NCBI GenBank assembly: GCA_964016885.1
Contig: OZ024742.1
Coordinates: 188,542,001 to 188,606,000, forward strand
DNA length: 64,000 bases
Reading direction: 5' to 3'
Source: Eledone cirrhosa
Lineage: Eukaryota
In this document: in pieces, positions 1-14,017 of the stretch
Numbering within the stretch: the stretch's first letter is position 1
How the letters are laid out: each line of letters starts with the position of its first letter
The notes under the pieces: generated by a model
What the model was told of the DNA's origin: nothing
What the model saw: only the letters and a program-made list of their open reading frames with translations
Databases searched by the model: none
Position numbers and translations under genes: made by a program

Positions 1-1830
1 TTGACAGAGGGTGGTCCTACGTCCTCCTTAAAATCCTTTTTTAGTTTTTGGTAGAGGTTCATTGGGATCTTTATTAATTTTAAATGTGGGTAGTTTTCTG
101 AAGAAACAAAGTTTACCCCTTCGGTTTGTACCGAAGGGTTATTGTTTATGAGTTCATTTAATTTAGTATTGTTTCTGTTGATGTAAGTATAGTGTAATGT
201 CTTTTTTTCGGATGGTGTGAGTGATTCGAAGAGCGGAGGGGCAGGTTTGGTTTTGTTTGTTGCTGGAGGGGTGTTTTGTGTTTTGTTGGATTGAGTTGAC
301 ATTTGGGCAGGGGTTGTTTGGCCTTGTGTGTTTTGCACACGTTTTCTTTTTTTCCTTTTAATCTGTCTGAAGGACTCCGTTTCTTCCTCCGAATTCGTTG
401 GGTTATCTTCAGTGTTGGAGGGAAGAGGTATGTTTGCTGGTAATGTTTCCGTGTTGGTTTTCTTTGTGGGGAGATGGATTGTGTGTGTGTTGTGGCTGCG
501 GTGGTTGTGTTGTTTTATTGAGTGAGGGGTTGGGTGGGACTGTGTTTTGTTTTTGGGTAATGTATTGTGTCTGTTTGCGTTGTGGTGGTGGTGTAGTTTT
601 ACTGAGGGACGGGTTGGGTGGGACTGAGTTTTGTTGTTTGTTTATCTGTTGTGGTGGTGGTGGAGCTGGTGTTGGTAGCAGGGTTTTCTTCTTGTTGAGT
701 TGGGGACAAGCCGCCTTCAGGTGCCCTCTGCCTGCACAGATATGACAGGACGGCCTTCTCCCTTCCACGCTAATGTTTATATACCCGTGGCCCTCTAATA
801 GGATTCTGTCGGGTATTTGGGCAATGCGTTCAGGCTTCATTTGCACTACAAGTTCTATACCTGTTCCACTGAACGCATTGCCTGTGGTTTTCCCAATGGA
901 AATCACGTTGTCATTCACTGGATCGATGAAGCCAGCTATGAGCCAGCAGTAGTCCACATCTGGCATTATCGCATCTAGCCATATGCGCTGAGTTCTTTTA
1001 CCCATATAAGATGGATAAAAGGTAAAATTTGTCGAACGAATCGCCGACAAAGCATATTTTTTTGCCGCTGATTCGTTCTTCATAATAATCGCTAGGCTTC
1101 CATACAGTCTGTCTCTTCTTATGAAAGTGGTTTCATTAAGTACTTCTGTAAGTACTGCTTTAATTTCTGCTTGTGTTGGTTGTTGAGGTTTTTTAGAGGT
1201 GTTGTTGATGGTGCAGAAAATGACCGTCCGACTTTCAATATCTTTGGTGAGTTCTTGAGGCATTTTTACCGATAAGGTACCATTTTCCCCTTGAGTTATG
1301 TATTGTTTGGCGTTTTTAATTCTTTGTGCCACATCTGAAATATTTTCAGGTAAATATGTTAAAGATTTCTTCGTTGTTTGTGCAAATGAAATATTATTGA
1401 TGTTGACTTTGTGGTCTGCTTTTCTTTCTGTTATGATGTTGTTTTCAAATGTTATTTTTGTGTTTGTTGTGTCTTTGTTTGTGGTATTAATATTGTCATG
1501 CAATTTTTTCAAATTTTTTTTGTTGTTGGAATCAATGTCCAGATTTGTGTTTTCGTCATTTTTCTCCGCACATTCGTCTGTTTTTATTTTATTTTTTCTT
1601 TCCTTCTCTATGACGTTAGTTGGGAAGGAAGGGGGACTAAAGCGTGCGAGCTTACAACTCTTACCGCTGTCCCCCCACCACTATTTTCGTTAGCTTCGTT
1701 TAACATTTCTGTCAGACGATTGAAATTTAATGCCACAAAATTTTTAAAAACAGGTTTTTCACCCCTGGGAGCGGCGAAGATGAGCTGACCCACCGCCTGA
1801 CAGTTCAGACGGAGGGTCAAGCTACACAAT
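1..1830 (-). mobile_element. 5' portion of an L1/Tx1-like non-LTR retrotransposon (5'UTR + frameshifted ORF1); ORF2 expected left of the window
   Basis: Minus-strand A-rich coding bias over 1-1830. ORF1-like frames 1706-~1672, ~1672-409 and ~410-158 appear joined by two frameshifts. Boundaries approximate. Confidence 0.7.
409..1512 (-). CDS. LINE ORF1 (gag-like nucleic-acid-binding protein) core with CCHC zinc knuckle
   Basis: 367 aa ORF containing IPDRILLEGHGYINISVEGRRPSCHICAGRGHLKAACP (CX2CX4HX4C in the context typical of L1/Tx1 ORF1), then a P/Q/T-rich tail with a duplicated VPPNPSL motif. Confidence 0.75.
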   Translation of the reverse strand: MKKLHDNINTTNKDTTNTKITFENNIITERKADHKVNINNISFAQTTKKSLTYLPENISDVAQRIKNAKQYITQGENGTLSVKMPQELTKDIESRTVIFCTINNTSKKPQQPTQAEIKAVLTEVLNETTFIRRDRLYGSLAIIMKNESAAKKYALSAIRSTNFTFYPSYMGKRTQRIWLDAIMPDVDYCWLIAGFIDPVNDNVISIGKTTGNAFSGTGIELVVQMKPERIAQIPDRILLEGHGYINISVEGRRPSCHICAGRGHLKAACPQLNKKKTLLPTPAPPPPQQINKQQNSVPPNPSLSKTTPPPQRKQTQYITQKQNTVPPNPSLNKTTQPPQPQHTHNPSPHKENQHGNITSKHTSSLQH

Positions 1831-2470
1831 AGTATCAAAATTAAAATTGAACTTACAAAATTTCCGCAATAAGTTGGAACAAAACTTCTGCGCGAAGTGA
1901 ATTACATCTACGCTGTAGAACAGACGACAGCTAGATAGATAGATATATAGATAGATAGATAGATATACATATGAGGGCAGTGCTTGCGAAATTTGAAAGA
2001 AGATCTTCTAATAGTAATTAATCGATAGTCAGGGATAATTTAGCGTAACTGTTAACACACTCCCCGGTCATCGATTCCTTCAGGCACCTCTATCCACTGT
2101 TGTACGTCACTAGAATTACTTTATCCGATTTTCTTAAATAATTCTAGTGATCAGCTATTATCTTAGTCGTTTTCATTGGGACACTGACATTTGAAATTTC
2201 AAATTTTCCCAATGATTATTAAGTCAACAGGTTTATTTTTGTTGTTGTATCATTATGTCTGACAAGCAGTTCGATGCGGGAAATGGGTCTACATGTGACT
2301 TTAAGCCAATCATCTCTGAAACGCCCGTAACTGGTCGATAATCTCTAAAAAAAAACATACGAACGAAACTTCATCGCTTTTTCTGATTTTATAAACTCTG
2401 CCTGTACATCGAATACTCATATTGGTACCACGGACATTAATTCACAGAATAACCTATTCTCTTTCTATAT

Positions 2471-2790
<320 letters not shown>

Positions 2791-2826
2791 AATATATAAT
2801 CAAAAGATGGTTAAAAGAGTTCCATG

Positions 2827-2897
2827 TATTGTATTATGAGCATTTCAAAAACAAATATCATCATGGGATGATATTTGCGTTCTCATCAGATAAAATA
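2827..2897 (-). ncRNA. Minimal type I hammerhead ribozyme (P1 family, slightly mutated)
   Basis: Minus strand TATTTTAT-CTGATGA-GAACGCAAATATCATC..ATGATATTTGTTTTT-GAAA-TGCTCA-TA-ATACAATA. Confidence 0.75.
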
Positions 2898-3131
2898 GGG
2901 AGACATGATATGAAGCTTAAATAACACTTGCGAGCAATGAAGTGTTAAATCAACATATGAAAAATAAAATAAGATATATTAGATTGGGAAAAAAAGGAAA
3001 GGAAGGGAGGAAGGAAAAGATAAGGAAGGGGAAGAAAGAATATAGATAGGAGAAAAACTATATAATAATAAGGAAAGGATGACGGAGGATGAGTATAAGA
3101 AGGAAGGATGAGAGAGGAGGAGAACATGAGT

Positions 3132-3162
<31 letters not shown>

Positions 3163-3726
3163 TTTAATACTGAGAAACACTGTCTCACAGAGAAAAATAA
3201 AAAGAAACCGTGTAAGATAATACATAATTTTTTTTTAAATTTAGAAAATAAAAGTTAATGAGGTTTATGAATGGTGATGCTTATGATTAAAGAAAAAGGA
3301 ATTAAGAATACTATTTATGTAAGGTTTATATATTGAAGGGTTTAATAAGATGTGGGAAAAGCAATTTATTAAAATGTATTATTAAACTAAAATATATTAA
3401 GAAGATAAGGTGAAATGAATTATGAACTTAGAGGAATTAATTAGGGTCCAAGTTTGTTTCTATATATTGTAATAGGAAAAAGTAAATAATAGATTTAATA
3501 CGAGCACGGAAGGAGAGAAGAAAGAAGAGATTCAATGGTGAAAAATTCTAACGTAAAAAAAAAAAAGTTTACAAGATTTCTCCAATGGTAATATTAGTAT
3601 ATATTAAAAATAAAAATTTATATGACCGATAATATAAGGAAAATGCCATAGTGAGTTATAATATGAGTTAAGAAGTAATTGAGAAGTAAAAGTTGCAGAT
3701 TAAAGATTAGAAATTAAAAAAGAAGA

Positions 3727-4213
3727 AAATTAGGGGACCACTAACGACATAGTATGAGTAATATTGTATAATATACTGAAATAAGGTAGAAAGATGGGTA
3801 TATTTGTAAAAAATATAAAAGCGTTTGAGAAAAAGAAGATTTTAAACTAACTAGGTAGTAAGATATTAGCTGTATACTTTATAGAAACTTCTATGGGATT
3901 TATGTAAGCAGAGCGAAAATGAATCCGTACGTCTATTTATTATAGAATTAAAATTAGAGATAATGGTAAATTAGGGGACCGCTAACGACATAGTATGAGT
4001 AATATTGTATAATATACTGAAATAAGGTAGAAAGGTGGGTATATTTGTAAAAAATATAAAAGCGTTTGAGAAAAATAATATTTTAAACTAATTAGGTAGT
4101 AAGATATTAGCTGTATACTTTATGGAAAGTTCTGTGGGATTTATGCAAGCAGAGGGAAAATATATCCGTACGTCTATTTATTATAGAATTAAAATTAGAG
4201 ATAATGGTAAATT
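3727..4213. repeat. ~241-bp direct tandem duplication inside the P1 element
   Basis: TAGGGGACC(A/G)CTAACGACATAG at 3731 and 3972; both copies end AAATTAGAGATAATGGTAAATT. Confidence 0.9.
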
Positions 4214-4481
4214 TCTCCGCTAGGCAGAGATTACATGTTCTGGATAAGGAAGAATTAAGCTAAGGATAGGCGTTGCAAACCTTCCTCCAAGAAATGTTGT
4301 AGTTAATATTTTTGTCCTTTAAGGACCATATGAGTTCTGAGAGTGCCGTGATAGTTCTTTTAAGTTGGTATTTAAATTAGGAATTGTGATTATAAAAGGA
4401 AGTGGAAGTGGAACGAAAATAGGTAAAATAACTAGTACCAGTTATAACCTTACATTCATACACTAAATTTTTATGAAGACA
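4107..4481 (-). pseudogene. GIY-YIG endonuclease C-terminus of PLE P1, with stops
   Basis: Hand translation CLHKNLVYECKVITGTSYFTYFRSTSTSFYNHNS*FKYQLKRTITALSELIWSLKDKNINYNISWRKVCNAYP*LNSSLSRTCNLCLAEKFTII, closely matching ORF 27742-28098. Confidence 0.85.
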
Positions 4482-4587
4482 TTATATTATTTATACTCCA
4501 GTCATATACACTGTTGAGTGCTACTTATCCGATATTTGCATTGCTTTATTGTGCTACAATAAAACTCACCTCATACATATATATATG

Positions 4588-4625
<38 letters not shown>

Positions 4626-5069
4626 GAGTGTATACACCGAATATGAATCCTTTATTCAGTGCATGATTTGTGTTCCAGCAAATCAGTGATATCAAAAAAA
4701 AAAAAAATATCCGTGGGTAGAATAAACAAAAGCACCTTTTTCCTCTTCAGCTACCACCTGGCAATATAGTTTCGTGCATAAGTGTGCTGTTACATAGTAT
4801 TGAGCCAATGCTGCATGAATATATATATATATGTGTGTATGTATACATATATATATATCTATATATATATATGTATGTATATATGTATATATATATGTAT
4901 GTATATATATATACATGTATATATATGTTTATATATGTATGTATATATATATGTATATATGTATATATACATGTATATATATATATATGTATGCGTATAT
5001 ATATGTATGTTTATATATATATATGTATATATAAATATATATATATGTATTTATATACATATATATATA

Positions 5070-5162
<93 letters not shown>

Positions 5163-5589
5163 CACGCTAAAATGGGATAAATTATCCAGCGCTAGTGCAT
5201 ATCGGAGTGGATTAAAATACTGCAGATTATGCAACCTTGAACTTTTTTATATTTTAAAATCTAAAAACAATTTACTAAATGACAGAATCGAACGATCGTT
5301 ATACTGCAACCACAAACTGAGGGCTAAATTTTCTCACTATAAAAGTAACTTAACATAATTTGAACCCGAAACTATTACACCACCTTCTCGTTAACTAATT
5401 TCACTCAATAATTACTTCCTAACTATTTGCCCCCCCCCCCCCCCCTCCACACTACTAAACAGTACTTTGCTTATCGTAATAAATGGATACTTATGTACGG
5501 TCAGCAAACTACAACTATCAACTCGGTGTATATCGCCTTTCTTTCTCCTTCTCTTAACTTTTTTTCTGTCCCCTCTCTCCCTCTCTCTT

Positions 5590-5622
<33 letters not shown>

Positions 5623-5950
5623 TTCTCTCTCTCGCTCTCTGTCTATCTCCCTCCTTCTCTACATTTATTAATCTGCTCTCTGCAGCAATAAATAATTCCA
5701 AACTTGATAATATCAACACAATGCCTAAGTTGTCACTTTGAGAGTAAGCAGTATAATAAAACCACTTTTTGGACCCCTATCACAACATTGAGATTAAGTT
5801 ATCTGTATTCTTCAAACCACTCTCTCCCATTTCTCCTACCCCTACATATCTCTCTCTCTCTTTCTCTCTCCCTTTCTTTCTCTCTTCTTTTTCTATTCTA
5901 TCTTCCCTAATTACTCCCTTTAAGAAATATAAAGAAACCATGATTCAGCC

Positions 5951-6007
5951 ATTCGTTCTGAAGATTTGGTGGTGCGAACAGCATTTGAAACTTGAGTATC
6001 TGTGAAT
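5951..6007 (+). ncRNA. Degenerate hammerhead motif
   Basis: CTGAAGA(5958)..GGTGGTG-CGAA-CAGCATT..GAAA-CTTGAG-TA. Stem III looks like CpG-decayed CTCGAG; stem I is poor. Confidence 0.4.
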
Positions 6008-6346
6008 TAATAACTGCCAATCTGAATATAGCATGACTAGGCTGTGTAACTACTAAATAAACATTTATAAACACTTGGAATAAATTACCTTTTTATGATG
6101 TCTATCTGTTTTATTAATCATTCTTTATCTACACTCCGGAATATAGAAGAATCGGAAACCAAGTTTCTTTAACTGTTTTTTGAGACTCGTTGAGTAACTC
6201 CTCACAGTTCGTTGACTCTATCTAGTGTAGTAATTAACCATTACTGCATTCAGGATAATCCTAAGCATTTCTTGCATAACCTAATAATATATATGTATGT
6301 ATATATATATATATATATGTATATATATGTGTGTATGTATTGATAT

Positions 6347-6412
<66 letters not shown>

Positions 6413-6417
<5 letters not shown>

Positions 6418-6574
6418 AACGAGTAGGACCCCGACGGCTGAGCTCAAGCCGTTTCGACGGCTTGAGCTCAGCCGTCGGGGTCCTACTCGTTCCTATTACC
6501 CACTCTACTACACTAAGTATTGAGTACTTTGGTGCTTTATGGTCCATCTGGTTCCTTACCACATTTCCTTCGTT
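6413..6574 (+). mobile_element. Family A short palindromic insert in (TA)n (PLE pLTR-like 3' end plus inverted copy)
   Basis: Perfect 40-bp inverted repeat 6413-6452/6457-6496 around TTCG, then a unique tail ending TTCCTTCGTT-(TA)n. Five copies in the window. Confidence 0.85.
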
Positions 6575-6579
6575 ATATA

Positions 6580-6669
<90 letters not shown>

Positions 6670-8024
6670 AATACATACACACACATATATATCTATATAT
6701 ATTTGTTGTTTTGTTGTATTTAAAAGACACGGTTCTTCTTGTATGCTGGAGGTTGTGGTTATAGTCTTTGCCATTTAAACGTGTAAGGGATTCAGCTAGA
6801 ACGTTTGATAAAATGCCAATTGTTTCTAAGTGCAGATTCTGTACTGCAGAACTTTAAATATATCTTTAAGTGGTATTTCGTATTTCATTGTGAAGTAGAT
6901 GGTCTAATTTATGTGTACTAACATTTACAATGTACATACACTTTACTCCTCCCCACCGCACACACTCATACACATATATAGACCGATACAACCACACGCA
7001 CATACACATATATGTAAATGTAATGTTACTAGTTAAAGCTAGTAAGATCATTTTTCAACTCAATTCTCTTTATTTAATGAAAGAAATGTAGATATTGAAG
7101 GATGGGATGCTAGTCTGAGAGTTTTAAACCGATTAAACATGACTGTTGGGTATCTCATTCTATGATATATAGAGAGAATTACAACTAAGAAAAGGAGTCA
7201 ATACGTGACAATGAAAGAAATTGGGATTATATATGGTTATGTAGAAACACTCTTTCATTGAGAATTAGAGAAGCTTCTATGTTGTGCTTGATTTATGTTT
7301 AGTCTCAGGTCAGTACATATTGAGGATACGTGATCAACTATAGTCCAGCTGTTACCGTCTGATATTTCTACACAGCGAAAGTCGGGCAATATAATCGAAC
7401 ATGTACGCACATTTTGAAGTTTATATATATGTATATAAATATCAAGTTTAAAAAAATTCAATAATTCGAAGTCCGTGGTTAATGCATAGATAATCTGAAG
7501 CTGGTCCGAAGAGTATAAATATAGAGGACCAGGTTATCCAGTAGATTTCCATATTTGAAGTAAGAAGAATGCCGCTCTGATGTTGGGTTTGGATAGTTTT
7601 TAGGATTCCCCAGTTCAGCGGCCTGTACGTTAAAGAAAATTGTTATATTACAACAATAAAGGCTGAACAGAGAACCCATTTTTAACAAACAATAATTTGT
7701 ACAACAATAATGGAAATTCTAAGTAACAGAAAATACATAAATCACATTGTTAGAGCCTCAGAGTATACAATATTTTTTGTTTGGCCCTCCAGAGCAAAGA
7801 TGAAGAGATTGTTTGGCGAGCTCACCCTGGAGCATCCTACATACAATTGTCAATGGGAGAAGTATGGTTTTCCCAGATGAAGGCCAGCCACTTTTATGTT
7901 TTGACCCTGAGCTTTCTTGATGGTAATCGCTAAGCTTAGTCGTATTGGAAACTGAAGTCGCTTAACATGTCCATAGCTGGCGAATGATTACAAGTCTGGT
8001 TCCTGGGATGGCCCGATGGCGACG

Positions 8025-8160
8025 TATCGCTTGTGAATCTGCATCTCCAATGAAATAGATTTACAAACACTTGTGGTCTTCGTCGGCCAGAGGTAGGATA
8101 TTTCCAATCGTGTGGTACACTTGGCCCTGTACTTTAAATGTGGCCATGTATCCGTGCTTT
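8025..8160 (-). pseudogene. Helitron Rep/Helicase fragment
   Basis: GYMATFKVQGQVYHTIGNILPLADEDHKCL*IYFIGDADSQ matches the Helitron motif FK(V/I)QGQVYHxIGSLLP...LQIYF. Confidence 0.75.
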
Positions 8161-8470
8161 CGTGAAATAAATAGGTTTTTGTTTTTGTGTATGAAAAAAT
8201 ATCTGTACACGAATATATATATTAAGATAACAGATAAAATTTTAAGCAAAGAATCGCTGCTTTCACCCTTAACGGGATCTTCTGAAACTAAAAAAAATCA
8301 ATCTGTGAACGCAGAAGAAATATTTCGAAAAACGTTATCGGATGCAGACAGCAGACATACACAGACATATTATAAGGGCGCGACGTCATAGCTACGTATC
8401 TATGTAAAACGACAAACTAAGAAAAAGTGAGGAATGTCGCGTAGCCGTAAGTTTTGACATTATATATATA

Positions 8471-8572
<102 letters not shown>

Positions 8573-8581
8573 CACATGTAT

Positions 8582-8618
<37 letters not shown>

Positions 8619-8619
8619 C

Positions 8620-8720
<101 letters not shown>

Positions 8721-9158
8721 AACAAACATTGTCTTCTATGAGTTTAATCTCTCGTTTGTTTCACTTTATCACTCAGGTCATGACAGCACACTTACAAAAT
8801 AACAGTTCATCTTTATATATTATTCTTACACTTCTTAATATCATAGCTACTCACAACCATTTGTATTTCCTATAAAGACGGATATTACTAGAAATGTCAT
8901 ACTTGTACACAGCACATTGACTTCACTAGATTTGATCATTTATATAACGTGTCTGTCTAAATTTGTTTGACTGTAACAATCTTTCTGTACATTCACATAA
9001 TCGCCCTTATAGTCAAACACATATGCACACACACATCTATATACATATGTATGCGTATGCGTGTGTTTATATATGTATGTTCATAATTACTTATATATAT
9101 ACACACATATACACACATTCATACACACATATATACACACACATATATATACATACAT

Positions 9159-9275
<117 letters not shown>

Positions 9276-9294
9276 TATATATATATATATATAT

Positions 9295-9485
9295 AACGAA
9301 GGAAATGTGGTAAGGAACCAGGTGGACCATAACGCACCAAAGTACTTAATACTTAGGGTAGTAGAGTGGGTAATAGGAACAAGTAAGATCCCGACGGCTG
9401 AGCTCAAGCCTTTTCGACGGCTAATTCTGTACAGAATTAGCCGTCGAAACGGCTTGAGCTCAGCCGTCGGGGTCTTACTTGTTCC

Positions 9486-9488
<3 letters not shown>
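9295..9488 (-). mobile_element. Family A insert, spacerless palindrome 9373-9488
   Basis: 58-bp arms centred on CTGT|ACAG (9430/9431); flanked by (TA)n. Confidence 0.85.
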
Positions 9489-9570
<82 letters not shown>

Positions 9571-9573
<3 letters not shown>

Positions 9574-9790
9574 GTATAATAAACAATACAATATAATTAC
9601 CTCATTACCAGAGGTTTCCCGAATAAGACGAATACAAGAAACGTCCTCATTCGTTTTCTTCCATTCGTCTTATTCAGGAAACCTCTGGTAATGAGGTAAT
9701 TATATTGTACATTAAATTTAGCCCTGTGACTTACATAGAGCACTCTTCACTCCTATGACTTTTTCAATTTTCAACGGAAACATCAATACT
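9571..9790 (+). mobile_element. TA-flanked palindromic insert with HHR 3' half (GAAACGTC)
   Basis: 47-bp arms 9587-9633/9663-9709. The spacer holds GAAA-CG-TC at 9638-9645. Confidence 0.7.
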
Positions 9791-12096
9791 ATATATACAT
9801 ACATAGTTACACTTATATACATACCTATATACGATTAATACGTTGCTTTTCAGTTTCGTCTGTGTATCTTTGTATTTTTGTACAAAACATTACTGTAACA
9901 AAGCTTATTACAGCACCAATTTAACTGCCAAATTCATGAAAAACAAGTAAGAAAAAATCACTCTTGTTGCTGACTGTCCTTGGAACATTTCAATAAAGTT
10001 TGACGCTTCTTATTATTTTTCACGAAATAAATCAATGCATCAATTACACTTGTTTAATGTGTCATCTGGAATTTTGACCTATATTATACCATGTGTTTAA
10101 TATATTCTAATTTATTTTCGTACGGTATTTTTTTAATATACGTTAATTTGTGGCATTCTTGCTTGTGACCAAAGCGTAAAGCGTAGTTGTTAGTTAACAA
10201 AACGAAATATTATTAAAAAAACGTGTTGAAAAAGGGGTTAACAAAGAGCCGTTACGGAATCAAGTGGGCTTGCAGTATTAATTTTAGAAACTATTCAGCA
10301 TAAATCAGATGAAAATGAAGTTACCATGCAAAATTCAAGTGAGCGTAACGCATCTAAATTAACACGAATATACTGCCAAATCATGGAAATATGGAGAAAA
10401 TGTTAAGTATTTCGCTGTCTGATCTGACATTGCGTGACTAAAGATAGACACGCGCACACATTCACAAACAAACACACACATACACTCACACACTCACTCA
10501 CTCAGTAACTCACGCACATACGAGCACATAAGCAGACGCTCATACAACACGCACATACACACACATACTAGTGGTTATTGAGCAAAAGACGTTAAAATTG
10601 GGTACCTCAGTGGTGAAAATGAGTTAAGTATATCACTTAAACGTTTGCTGCTTCTCGTAAATAACTTGAACAGTTAGTTCGACAAATGATCTAATCTAGA
10701 TAGTACTTAATAGCTGTGGTGTCATGTCCTCATATCTAATCATTTTCGGAATTTCCAGTAAAACTGGGTTCAGTATATAGGGTTAGTTAAATAACTGTCA
10801 TGTAGAGAATTTAATATTGACAGATTCTTGCTATTTAGGAAGCCTTTACTCGATATTACTTTTAACTCAAAGAAGCTAAAATGACCTCAGCCGATAAAGT
10901 GGAGAAATATCAACTGGAGTTGGTGTCAGAAGCAAATATCAGTGATGATTTAAATCTTAAGCCATCGCTTGTATTTTGTTCTCCTACTCGAAAACCAACG
11001 AAAGATCTCTTCAAATGTAATGTGCCTGTAATATGGAAATTTAACATAATATGTTGTGTAAGATGCCCACTGAATGGTTCGTTAGAAACGTTTGCTCTGC
11101 TCTCAACCGTTGATGCATGTATAATAACTTCTAGCCCGAGACACCAATAGTTTAGACAACACCTCTGGTATTTGTATTTGTCGAAGTTGCTCTCTTTGCA
11201 TCAAGCACAACTTCACTAATAGACCCTATGCATCAAGGAGTGCTATCAATTTTCAATGCAGATTTTCTTTAAAGGAGCGAATGTATCAGCTTGACAAAGC
11301 ATCCTGGACAAAATGCAACATTACGCAAGCACTAATGTTAATGATCCACAGTTAAATACCCATGCCTGAATAACGTTTGTAAAATAATGTTTTCAAGCGT
11401 TTTGAAGAAATATCATGAAATACAGGACGAAGCTGTTCCAATCAACAATAGCCTCATACAAATGACGTATAAAGTGAAATTTAAAGAAGGTAATGGCCGT
11501 GATATTTAACATTTACTGCATACTGATAACGAGTCCCTCATCCATCAATACATTAGGCATTTTATAGAAGCTTGAGTTCGATAGAGGAAGACAGTTTCCT
11601 GAACAACCGGTTTTAACCAGAAAGATCTTATCTACAACCGTAATTAGACAGCTCGTGCTATCGAAGGACATTCAACCAAATATTGACGCAGCATGGAATG
11701 TTAAAAAATGTTATACTGTAGCGCTGAACTGATATAAGAACAAAGTTGAGTTTTTAAAGCAGGCAAAGTAGTCAAATCTTGATGTCTTCCTATATAAGGA
11801 TTAGAAGTACAACATTCATTTTGTATAACTTCATATTTTATTTGTTGTATAAATGAAACAACGTGTATATATTTCTTGGATTGAATTGAATACAATTTTG
11901 CTCAAAGGAATTTTTTTCCATATATCGTTTAATTAAATTATATATAATCTTGTTGAAATAATTTTCCTGTATATGTAGGAGCAGTGCATTACTATTGCAT
12001 TTGAAATCAGTGTAAAGTTATTAAAAGAAAAGAAAAACGGTATCTTCATAAAAAAAACTGTCATAACTGTCCAAAAAATGGAACTTATTAAATTTC

Positions 12097-12167
<71 letters not shown>

Positions 12168-12203
12168 AATCTGTGTGTATATATATATATATATATAAAT
12201 GTG

Positions 12204-12282
<79 letters not shown>

Positions 12283-12434
12283 GTGTATATATATATATAT
12301 ATATATATAATGTATACATATGTATAAATGAAAATGTTTCAATATATAACTTCGCAGTAAACACTGAACACGAGGCATATATGAAAACATTTTATTCATG
12401 TATAACTAAAAATAGGAGCTCAATAATGACAATA

Positions 12435-12616
12435 ATTGTTCCTACTTTAGGCACAAGGCCACCAAATACCCAGTACATTACTGGTACTTTATTTTATCGA
12501 CCCCGTAAGGATGAAAGGCAAAGTTAACCTTTGGCGGGATTTGAACCCAGACTGTAAAGGGACGTAACTATGCTAGAAATCGTAGCGTCCAACCATCTAC
12601 TGATACTGCCAATTCA
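12435..12616 (-). mobile_element. tRNA-derived SINE family S1 (Meta/Nin-like central domain)
   Basis: Reverse complement has a B-box-like GGTTCAAATCC then GCCTTTCATCCTTACGGGGTCGATAAAATAAAGTACCAG. Also at 34023, 43367 and 51362. Confidence 0.8.
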
Positions 12617-12641
12617 TAATGACAATAATTACATCAAAACA

Positions 12642-12690
<49 letters not shown>

Positions 12691-13885
12691 GCTACTAAAA
12701 ATGTTCCACCACCCCTTTCTCACTACATAACTAACTTTACCTGTCCTATATCTAACCACACAACTTTTCTGCATTAATATCGACCCTATATTGTTAATCA
12801 ATGTTTTACTAACACCTACACATTTTACTGACAGCAGCATGGTGTGCCAATGAGATAGCATCTACGCGGTCGCACAATTTGCTGAAATGGCAGAAACATA
12901 TTACTCTTATCACAAAAAAAGCAATGGGATGGATATAAGTTCAATATAAGATATAAATCAACATAGATTATCATCCTTTCCGTGTTGAGGAAAGAATACG
13001 GCTAGCTCAGAGATGAATTGCAAGAGCGTCAGATGAGAGGCTTGGCCCTATTTCTTCACGTTCAGAATTCGATTCCGGAATTGGTAAACTTAGGTGACTT
13101 AGAGGGATAGTTTTTGACAAATGGTGAGTTAGAAGTTGCTTGAACTGAGGTTAAACACGAATAACGATTAATTAAAATAAACCTCAAGTAAACTACATAT
13201 CTACAAAAGTATACGTACGTACATAAAACCCACATACATACATTCATACAGGGATACATACACTCATCAATACATGTATGCACACATACGTTAATACAGG
13301 CATATACACTCATCCATACATGCATGTACACTTACATTTATGTAGGCATAAACATATACATACATACATATATGATGGCTGCATACTCTGCTAAGAGTAT
13401 TGCAATCGCTTGTCAGATTATAGAGTTGATGCACTTTTAAGCCAACCACACGAAACTGTAACATATCCTGAACAAGCAAAGACTGTGCTTTGAAAGTTTT
13501 TGAATTGGGGAAAGGCCTTGCACTCGACCAATCTCACTCTTTGAGCATCGAAAATACTACCCGGAAAAGGAGAGCTGGCAAACATCATCGGATGCTTCCT
13601 AAGCCGCAGGATTTTTTTTCAGTTACCCTCTCCTAGAAAGGTGTTGTGGTAACAACTGGCGACCTTTCACTCCCAGCTGAAAAACAAGTACTATTTGGAT
13701 GGCCGTTGACTCTGCTGAGTTCCTCCGCCCTTTACTGAATCTTGCATTTCATCCGGCAGGGAGTCCAAATATCACCCTCCTCATCAAGCAAGCTTGATGG
13801 AGTTGCCAGTTTAGTCCTGTTCGCATCCATATATACATGAATAGACAGATTTTCAGATAGATTGATAGAATGATACATATCAATG

Positions 13886-13971
<86 letters not shown>

Positions 13972-13975
13972 AAGA

Positions 13976-14017
<42 letters not shown>

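Larger units (their letters stand above)
2801..4577 (-). mobile_element. Penelope-like element family P1, 5'-truncated with inversion (minus arm 2801-4481; plus-sense terminal piece ~4490-4577), in (TA)n
   Basis: Homologous to 26827-29275. Contains an HHR, an AT-rich 3'UTR and a GIY-YIG remnant. 4490-4577 matches 29188-29275. Confidence 0.85.

Noticed and set aside
10860-11900. Complex non-repetitive region, possible decayed transposase or exon
   Set aside because: The frames examined by hand are interrupted by stops and no motif was recognised; needs BLASTx.
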